A DNA stretch of 64,000 nucleotides. It comes from Planctomycetota bacterium. Its GTDB lineage: Bacteria > Planctomycetota > B15-G4. This document shows positions 28,826 through 35,973 of the stretch, piece by piece. The stretch's first letter is position 1. The number at the start of each line of letters is the position of its first letter. The notes under the pieces were generated by a model, which made no database searches, was not told where the DNA came from, and was given only the letters and a program-made list of their open reading frames with translations. A program made the translations under genes and the position numbers. Where the stretch lies: NCBI GenBank assembly GCA_965248575.1, contig CBDFJQ010000002.1, positions 5,088,001 through 5,152,000 on the forward strand. Direction: 5' to 3'.

Positions 28826-30039
28826 AGGAAGAAGTCCTCTCGCTCGGGAGCTGCCTCGATGTCGCCTGTGCCCTCGATCGCCTCCTCAAGCCACCAGTTC
28901 ACCTTGTTGTAGAGGCAGGTGACCTCACGGCATTCGTGGCTGGCATCGAAGTTGTCGAGCAGGCCGGACAGCCCCTGGGTGGTTTGCAAGGCGGCCGCGT
29001 TGTCCTTGTAGGCGGCTGCCTCGTTCACCTTGGCCTTCTCGACCCCGCGGTGAGCGGGGCAGTTGAACAGCCCCGTGGGGGTGAGCACTTGTCGCAGGGC
29101 CTGCATGTGGCACGTCTTGGGCTGCTTGGTGTACTCGCTCCAATCGCCTGTCTCGAGCATGCGCAGGTTGGTGCTCACGTAGACGTCGAAGTCGTCGTCG
29201 GCGAGGGCGCTGGCCTTGTCGACCTCCGTCCGCACCCGCGTCACCATGGTGGCCAGTTCGGTGTGCGCGCCGGTCGGGTCCATGACTTCGGCACCATCCG
29301 GCGTGCGCTCCAGGAAGGGCTTGAGCGAGATGTAGTCGAAACCGGATACCTTGGCGCGTTCGGTGGCCTGCACGATCTCCTGCACGTTTTCATGCACCGC
29401 CACGTCCGCGCGCTCTGCGCCCTCCCAGACGATGACGTAGGAGAAGCCGATGCGCGGCTTCGGGTTGGCGGCCTTGATCTTGGGGATCCAGGAGCAGATC
29501 TCGTCGAGGGTGAGATCCTTGTTCACGGGTTTGTGCATTTCCCGGAAGAGCTCGTTGCTACCGGAATCGAGGCTGAGGCGGATCCAGTCGTCTTGTTCGA
29601 GGTAGGGGGCAACTTCCAGCAGCTTGTCGCCATGGCTGCCGTTGCTGACGATGGCGATCTTGAGCTCCAGCTCCTTCAGGTACTTCACGAAGCTGACGAA
29701 GCGCGGGTGTACCGTGGGTTCACCACCGCCGATGAGGATCACCGAGCGCATGCCGCGAGCAGCCATCTGCGCCAGCGACGCACGCAGGTCCTCTTCCTCA
29801 TGCTTCCACTTGCTGTTGAGGATGTCCCAGTCGATGCAGTGGTCGCAGCGATAGTTGCAGGCGGTCGTGAGGTCCAGGTTGATGGAGATGGGGGCCTGCT
29901 CGGGCGGCAGCTCGGGGTCGGGCTGGCCTGCGGCGCGGGCCTCGCGCACGGCGCGACGCCAGTTCACGTAGGCCTGCACGGTCGGCAGCACGGACGGTTG
30001 GCGGAGCTTGCCGGTGAAGTCGTGGATGGCGTGGCTCAT
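28822..30039 (-). CDS. Radical SAM enzyme with C-terminal Twitch/SPASM-like cysteines
   Basis: CNYRCDHC (CX3CX2C), GGGEP, SNG and RLSLD motifs; C-terminal TCHMQ, FNCPAH and HECREVTC. Confidence 0.92.
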   Translation of the reverse strand: MSHAIHDFTGKLRQPSVLPTVQAYVNWRRAVREARAAGQPDPELPPEQAPISINLDLTTACNYRCDHCIDWDILNSKWKHEEEDLRASLAQMAARGMRSVILIGGGEPTVHPRFVSFVKYLKELELKIAIVSNGSHGDKLLEVAPYLEQDDWIRLSLDSGSNELFREMHKPVNKDLTLDEICSWIPKIKAANPKPRIGFSYVIVWEGAERADVAVHENVQEIVQATERAKVSGFDYISLKPFLERTPDGAEVMDPTGAHTELATMVTRVRTEVDKASALADDDFDVYVSTNLRMLETGDWSEYTKQPKTCHMQALRQVLTPTGLFNCPAHRGVEKAKVNEAAAYKDNAAALQTTQGLSGLLDNFDASHECREVTCLYNKVNWWLEEAIEGTGDIEAAPEREDFFL

Positions 30040-30072
30040 GGTTCAGTCCGGAGGGATTCTCGGTGTGCGGGA

Positions 30073-31059
30073 TCAGGCTGTGCCGCCCAGGCTGGCCTCG
30101 GGGAGCAAGAAGGCTCTCCGCAGGTTGTCCAGGGCGGTCATGCGTTGGCGGATTCTAGTGTTTTCCTCGGCCAAGACCCGGGGCCGTTCTTGGCGGAGTC
30201 GTGCAACAAAGCGGGCCAGATGCAGCCCGAGGGGGTCCGGCACGTCCACCGCACGGGCGCCACTGGCGAAGAACTGGGCATAGTCCCGGGTGCGTATGAG
30301 GCGGTGTGCCCAGTGGCCGTTGATGGCCAATGAGGCCTCGCGCGGCTGCTCGGGGCTGGCGCTGAGTTCCACCATGACGTCAATGGCGTGGCCGTCAGCC
30401 ACGTAGCGGAAGGCCGTCGAGAGCTCCGTGGCTGACAGGTCGTGCGTCGAGAATCGCACCCCCTCGACGGAAACCGTGCGCGCCGGGTGCAGTGCCGCCA
30501 GGACGCTCAGGGGATGGGAGAACGCGTCCCCGATCATCTCGACGCCGCGCGAGGCGGGGGCCATGCGCATGGCGAAGCGGGTGATGGGCGCGTCCCGCAC
30601 ACCTGGATGCAGCGCGTCGAACGAGGGCAGCGTGGCTGGCCACTGGGCGTTCTCCATGAGCAGGAGGCCCTGCTGCTGGAAGCGGTCCACGAGTGCGTGC
30701 GCCACGCTGACGTCGTCCTCGCCACCCCACAGGAAGGGCTTCTCGCACAACACATCGACGCCGGCCTCGAGGGCTTGTTCCAACCACTCGCGATGGCTGC
30801 GCGGGGGAGACAGGATGGCGACGGCGTCCAGGGGCTGCTCGCGCAGCATGGCCCGGCCGTCGCTGTAGCCGATGGCGGTCACGCCGGCGATGCGTTGCAG
30901 GTCGGCCCCTGCTTGCGCCATCGACTCGGGGCTGGTGCAGGCAAAGCTCACCACGTCGGCCCCGGCCTCCCGCAGCCAGCGTCCCACAAAGGGGCCCAGG
31001 CCTTGGCGATGTCGCCGCGCACCGATGAGCCCGATCCGGGGGCGTTGTTCCTGGGTCAT
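30073..31059 (-). CDS. Gfo/Idh/MocA family oxidoreductase
   Basis: IGLIGA, DAVAILSPPRSH and ALEAGVDVLCEKP motifs. Confidence 0.85.
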   Translation of the reverse strand: MTQEQRPRIGLIGARRHRQGLGPFVGRWLREAGADVVSFACTSPESMAQAGADLQRIAGVTAIGYSDGRAMLREQPLDAVAILSPPRSHREWLEQALEAGVDVLCEKPFLWGGEDDVSVAHALVDRFQQQGLLLMENAQWPATLPSFDALHPGVRDAPITRFAMRMAPASRGVEMIGDAFSHPLSVLAALHPARTVSVEGVRFSTHDLSATELSTAFRYVADGHAIDVMVELSASPEQPREASLAINGHWAHRLIRTRDYAQFFASGARAVDVPDPLGLHLARFVARLRQERPRVLAEENTRIRQRMTALDNLRRAFLLPEASLGGTA

Positions 31060-31838
31060 GGGGACGTGCTTCCGTCAGAGGCTCGGCGGACCCCAAGCGA
31101 GTCCATGCGCGCTTCGAGCTCAGCGGGAAGCTGGTCCGCGAAGCAGCCGAGCTGCGGCAGGTATCCCAGGTGGTCGGCCAGCCGCAACAAGCCCACTTCG
31201 GTCTTCATGTCTGGGATCTCTCCGCTTCGGCAGGCGCGGATGGCCTCACCCAGCTCCATGATGTGAACCCGGCCGAACTCCTCCATGGTGCTGCCGTCCC
31301 CGTCGCCTTGCCGTGCTTCATCCAACGGGGCCTCGGCGCAGCAGTAGTACAGCTTTTCGTCGCCGATGCCGGGGCTGGCGAAGGTCTCATCGCCCAGGAC
31401 CTCGAAGGCCTCGTCGGGCAGGTCCACGGCTGCTTCCTCGAGCGCTTCCACGGCGGCTCGGTGTTTCTTGCCGAGATCCCCGGGGACATCGTCGCCGGGC
31501 TCCACGATGCCAGCGACCAGCTCCATCAGCGTCAGGTAGTCGCGGCGGTCGGGGTGGACGAAGGCCTTGCGCCTCCGGAGGTACACGGGAGGGCGGGGAC
31601 TTTCACGGAGCAGCACACGGACCTGGCGCGAGCCGCCCTCAGCCTGGAGGTCGTAGAGCACCGCCACCACGGCGTCGACCCCACGCCGGCTGACCAAGTC
31701 GCAGGGATAGGGCTCGGAGCTGCTTCCGTCGGAATACTCGTTCCGGAGTTGAAGTCGCTCCAGCGTCAGGAAGCCCTGGTCGCAGGAGGCACCGACGGTG
31801 TCGTCCTGAACGATGGTGATCGCCGTGAGTTCGCGCAT
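31056..31838 (-). CDS. NUDIX hydrolase (ADP-sugar/ADP-ribose pyrophosphatase-like)
   Basis: DAVVAVLY, a modified Nudix box ELVAGIVEPG...AAVEALEEA, ASPG..DEK, EE and DMKTE motifs. Confidence 0.8.
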   Translation of the reverse strand: MRELTAITIVQDDTVGASCDQGFLTLERLQLRNEYSDGSSSEPYPCDLVSRRGVDAVVAVLYDLQAEGGSRQVRVLLRESPRPPVYLRRRKAFVHPDRRDYLTLMELVAGIVEPGDDVPGDLGKKHRAAVEALEEAAVDLPDEAFEVLGDETFASPGIGDEKLYYCCAEAPLDEARQGDGDGSTMEEFGRVHIMELGEAIRACRSGEIPDMKTEVGLLRLADHLGYLPQLGCFADQLPAELEARMDSLGVRRASDGSTSP

Positions 31839-32264
31839 AGGGCGCGGAGTGTACCGGAGCCATCGGGTGGGAGAAGGGCTCGCGTACCCGGCCGTCGCCG
31901 GGTGCGCGAGCTGCCTTCGTGAGGACCGAAGCGAGGCGAGGGATCGCCTCCAGGGGAGAGCTGCCTGGCCGCTTCCGGGTGGTGGTGGATGCGACAAGGC
32001 CTTCGGATAGATGAGGACCGACCCCCCGGGATCAGTCACCCATCGCGCTGCACGGCAGGATCGGGCCTTCCGTACAACTCCTCACACCAAGACATGCGCA
32101 GTCGAGGGCGCCGGAGGTTCACAAAGTCTTGGAAATTCGCAATTGAGCCCGAATGCGGCGGAAATTGGGCCGGGATCGGGCCTCCAGCGCCCAGGACTCC
32201 GTGTAGAATCGCTCTCTGGCGGAACACCCCGATCCCGCCTTTCGACCGACCCCGAGCGCCCCGC

Positions 32265-32918
32265 GTGTCTACGGCCTCCACCGACGTCACCCGACTGATG
32301 CACCGCGTCCAAGGCGGGGACGAATCGGCTCGCCGGGATCTTTGGACCCTTCTCTACGGCGAACTCAGGCGGCTGGCCGCGGGCAAGATGTCAGCGGAGC
32401 GAGGTGCCCACACACTGGAGCCCACCGCGCTCGTGCATGAGGCATGGTTGCGACTCGCGGGTGATGAGCAGCTCACGCTCGAGAACCGGGGCCACTTCTT
32501 CGGCGTTGCGGCCGAGGCCATGCGCCGGATCCTGGTGGACCACGCCCGGCGGCGGGGTGCCCAGCGGCGCGGAGGTGGGTTGCAACGGATCGATCTGGCC
32601 GAGGGCGTTGAGCGCCTCGAAGGAGACATCGCGCGCCGGAGCCTGGACCGCTTGGGTCCGGGGGGGGCGACATCCGCTGCCCAGATCGAGGATGTGGATG
32701 CCGCCTTGAACCGTTTGGAACAGACCGGCAAACACGAGCGTAAGTGCCAAGTGGTGAAGCTGAGATTCTTCGTCGGCCTGACCAATGAGCAGGCCGCCGA
32801 GGTGATTAGCGCCTCTGTGTCCTCGGTCAAGCGGGACTGGGAATTTGCAAAGGCCTGGCTGACGCGTGAGATAGCGCGCCACGGGCCGATCTCCGGGAGC
32901 GAAAAGCGCGATGGCTGA
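32265..32918 (+). CDS. ECF sigma factor, kinase-associated ECF43 type
   Basis: LYGELRRLA, HTLEPTALVHEAWLRL, HFFGVAAEAMRRILVDHAR, LRFFVGL and VKRDWEFAKAWL motifs. Confidence 0.93.
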   Translation: MSTASTDVTRLMHRVQGGDESARRDLWTLLYGELRRLAAGKMSAERGAHTLEPTALVHEAWLRLAGDEQLTLENRGHFFGVAAEAMRRILVDHARRRGAQRRGGGLQRIDLAEGVERLEGDIARRSLDRLGPGGATSAAQIEDVDAALNRLEQTGKHERKCQVVKLRFFVGLTNEQAAEVISASVSSVKRDWEFAKAWLTREIARHGPISGSEKRDG

Positions 32919-35900
32919 AGATCGAGACGAGCTGCTTGAGGCTCTGTTCCACGAAGCCTTGGCTTTCACGGGGGATGAACGTGTTCGCTACGTGCGGAAC
33001 CAATGTGCTGGCGATCCCGGGCTCGCGGAGGAGTTGCAGGCGCTGCTCTCTGCTCATGAGCAGGCGGCGACGTGTTTCGAACGGCCAATGGCGACGGACG
33101 CCGAGCAGCACCTGGGGCAGCAGGCTGGTGACACGGTGGGGCCTTACCACCTCGTGCGTCCTCTGGGCGAAGGCGGCATGGGTACCGTGTTCCTGGCGCA
33201 ACAGCTGCGCCCGCTGCGCCGTGTTGTTGCCCTCAAGCTCATCAAGCCGGGCATGGACACGCGCGAGGTCGTGGCCCGCTTCGAGGCGGAACGCCAGGTC
33301 TTGGCGCAGTTGAGCCACCCACATGTTGCGGCCGTCTATGACGCGGGGATCACACCGCGCGGTCGGCCGTACTTCGCCATGGAGTATGTCCAGGGCGAGC
33401 GCATCACCCGCTACTGCGATGCGAGGAAGCTCCCTCTGCGCAAGCGGCTGCTGCTGTTCCGGGCTGTGTGCGATGCGGTGCACCACGCCCACCAGAAGGG
33501 CGTGATCCACCGGGACCTCAAGCCCAGCAACATCCTCGTCACCGAGCAGGACGGGGTGCCGGTGCCCAAGATCATCGACTTCGGCGTGGCCAAGGCGACC
33601 TTCGGCACGACCGATCGTGGCACCTTGTGCACCCGGCGCGGCCAGATCGTGGGCACGCCCTCCTACATGAGCCCCGAGCAGGCGGGTGCCACTCCAGCGG
33701 CGGTGGACACGCGAACGGACGTCTACTCCCTGGGTGTGCTGCTCAACGAGCTGCTCACGGGCTTCCTGCCCTACGATCTCGGTTCCCTGCGCGGCGCGAA
33801 GGACGACGTGGTTCGCGATAGGCTGGCCGAGGTGGAGGTGGTGCGCCCGGCACTCCGAGTTGCCTTGCTTGACCTGAGGGCGCGCAAGGCGGCAGCGCAG
33901 CGGTCTACCGAGCCGCGCGCCTTGTCACGCCAGCTGCGCGGCGACCTGGATTGGATCGTCCTGAAGGCACTCGAGCGGAACCCGGACCTCCGTTATGCGT
34001 CGGCCTCTGAGTTGGGTGCCGACGTCGCCAATCATCTTGACGGCGCGCCCGTGAGTGCCTCATCGCCCGGCGCCGTGGATCGGCTCCGGAAGTTGGTGGT
34101 GAAGCACAAGACCGCGGCGGCCTCTGCGCTCCTCTTGCTGGTGGGTGCTTTGAGTTCGCTGGCGGCCTTCGCATGGATCGAGGCCGATCGCAACGAGTCC
34201 TTGACCGTTGAGAACGCCGAGCTCCTGACGGTCCTGGATACAGAGATCAGCCAGGCCGAAGACCGTGAGGGAGAGCTCCTGGCAGCGTGCGATGCCGCGC
34301 GTGATGTGTCGGGAGAGTCCTTGCCCTACACCACCACCTTGGTGCGCAACGCTGGGACGGTTCCGCTCTTGGTGGGCCAGATCGTCGAGCTCGTCGGGGT
34401 CGCTGACCCGCACCCTTCGGGAGCGATGGTCGTGGATGTGGTTCCGGCGGTGAGCGGCTCCGGTCGGGCGCCCCTGGGTTCGCTCGATGGCCGTTGGTCG
34501 GCGGCGTCAGCGCAGGCCGACGTGGGCCAGGATGCCGACCCCAAGCATGCGCATCGCACGGCCGAGCCTGTGCTGCCGGGTGATTTCGGCGTCGCGGTGA
34601 CGCATGGTCTCTTCGCCCGGGTGCGCGTGGACGGTTCGTGCGGAGAGATCCGCGCCAACGACCCCCTGGGGGTGTCTGCGATTCCTGGTTTGGCGTGCCT
34701 CCATTCCGGTGAGGGTGCGGTGCTGGGGTTCGCTTTGGATGAATGGACGGTCAACCAGGCTGGCTTGATTCGAGCGTTCGTGTCGCCGACGCCCTATGTG
34801 CCGAGTGCGCCCATGGCCCAGCTGGATGCCTTGCGCGTTGGAGTTGCATGGCAGGGGCTGCCTCCACGCCAGGCGGCTGAGGTTGCCTCGACGAGCGGCG
34901 GTGGCTCACTTGGGACCAGTGAGGCAGAAGCCGCCGGGCTTCCGAGCAGCGTGTCTGACGAAGCACGATCCACGGAAAGCCCGGAGGTCAACGCGAGCGT
35001 GCTGGGCTCCCCTGCGGCGGCAGACGTTGCGCCGCAACCCACACTGGCCATGGCGCCACCAACGGCGGAGCAGGTCGATGGTCTGCCTCCAGAACTGACG
35101 AGCGATGACAGTGTGCCGCCCGACTCCATGGGTTCAAAGAGTGGTGGGTTGCCCACCGCCGCGATGTACATGGGTGAGTCGGTTTTAGGGGACGCCCAGG
35201 TGGTGCTCGCCACGGCATCGCCCATGGAGCTTCGTGACGGTGGGGTGGGCAAGTTCAAGCCCGGCATGGACGGCGGGGCACAGGGCTTGCCCCCGGGCAT
35301 CGGGACGGGAGACTCCAGCGGGAAGATGTTCGGAACCATCTCCGAGTCCAGCGTAGAGACGACAGGCGAGGGCGGCGGTGACGCATCCGCCGGTGACTCC
35401 GACCCTCAAGACACCCCCTTCGTGGGGCAGGGCTCGAACCTGGGCCTCGTGGAGTTGTGGGGGGATGTGAACGGGGACGGCCTGCTGGACGTCCTGACTT
35501 CCGTCACCGGGCCAGCTGGCCGCGAGCTGGTCCTGCAGAAGCACGATGCATTGGGCCGCTTCCAGGACATCACGGAGTGGTCGGGGCTGGCCGCATTCGT
35601 GTCGAAGGTGCGTCGACCCTTGGAGTGGGTCGATACCGAGGGGGACGGCGCACTCGACCTCCTGGCCTTGGGGACGGATGGCAAGCTCCTGCTGTTCCGG
35701 GGTCGTGGAACAGGGGTCTTCGATGAGGTGTCCGGGTTGGTGGGGCTCGCTTCCGCATCGAGCATCCGACAGGTCATCGTCTTCGACAGCGATAGTGATG
35801 GCGTACCGGATGTGCGCGTGCAGACGGCCGGCGACGGTCTCTTGCTGTTCAAGAATGACGGTGCTGGGCGATTCCGGCGTGTGCTCTTGAGGGCCCCGGA

Positions 35901-35967
35901 CTCGCAGCTGGATTCAGGCTCCGAGGCCTCGACGGCTTCGACGAGCCTCTCCACGCAGGGCGGCTAG
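32911..35967 (+). CDS. Membrane Ser/Thr protein kinase with unusual ectodomain and FG-GAP/VCBS repeats
   Basis: LGEGGMG, VALK, HRDLKPSN, DFG and GTPSYMSPEQ motifs; one TM helix; DVNGDGLLD, DTEGDGALD and DSDSDGVPD repeats. Confidence 0.92.
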   Translation: MAEDRDELLEALFHEALAFTGDERVRYVRNQCAGDPGLAEELQALLSAHEQAATCFERPMATDAEQHLGQQAGDTVGPYHLVRPLGEGGMGTVFLAQQLRPLRRVVALKLIKPGMDTREVVARFEAERQVLAQLSHPHVAAVYDAGITPRGRPYFAMEYVQGERITRYCDARKLPLRKRLLLFRAVCDAVHHAHQKGVIHRDLKPSNILVTEQDGVPVPKIIDFGVAKATFGTTDRGTLCTRRGQIVGTPSYMSPEQAGATPAAVDTRTDVYSLGVLLNELLTGFLPYDLGSLRGAKDDVVRDRLAEVEVVRPALRVALLDLRARKAAAQRSTEPRALSRQLRGDLDWIVLKALERNPDLRYASASELGADVANHLDGAPVSASSPGAVDRLRKLVVKHKTAAASALLLLVGALSSLAAFAWIEADRNESLTVENAELLTVLDTEISQAEDREGELLAACDAARDVSGESLPYTTTLVRNAGTVPLLVGQIVELVGVADPHPSGAMVVDVVPAVSGSGRAPLGSLDGRWSAASAQADVGQDADPKHAHRTAEPVLPGDFGVAVTHGLFARVRVDGSCGEIRANDPLGVSAIPGLACLHSGEGAVLGFALDEWTVNQAGLIRAFVSPTPYVPSAPMAQLDALRVGVAWQGLPPRQAAEVASTSGGGSLGTSEAEAAGLPSSVSDEARSTESPEVNASVLGSPAAADVAPQPTLAMAPPTAEQVDGLPPELTSDDSVPPDSMGSKSGGLPTAAMYMGESVLGDAQVVLATASPMELRDGGVGKFKPGMDGGAQGLPPGIGTGDSSGKMFGTISESSVETTGEGGGDASAGDSDPQDTPFVGQGSNLGLVELWGDVNGDGLLDVLTSVTGPAGRELVLQKHDALGRFQDITEWSGLAAFVSKVRRPLEWVDTEGDGALDLLALGTDGKLLLFRGRGTGVFDEVSGLVGLASASSIRQVIVFDSDSDGVPDVRVQTAGDGLLLFKNDGAGRFRRVLLRAPDSQLDSGSEASTASTSLSTQGG

Positions 35968-35973
35968 GACGCC

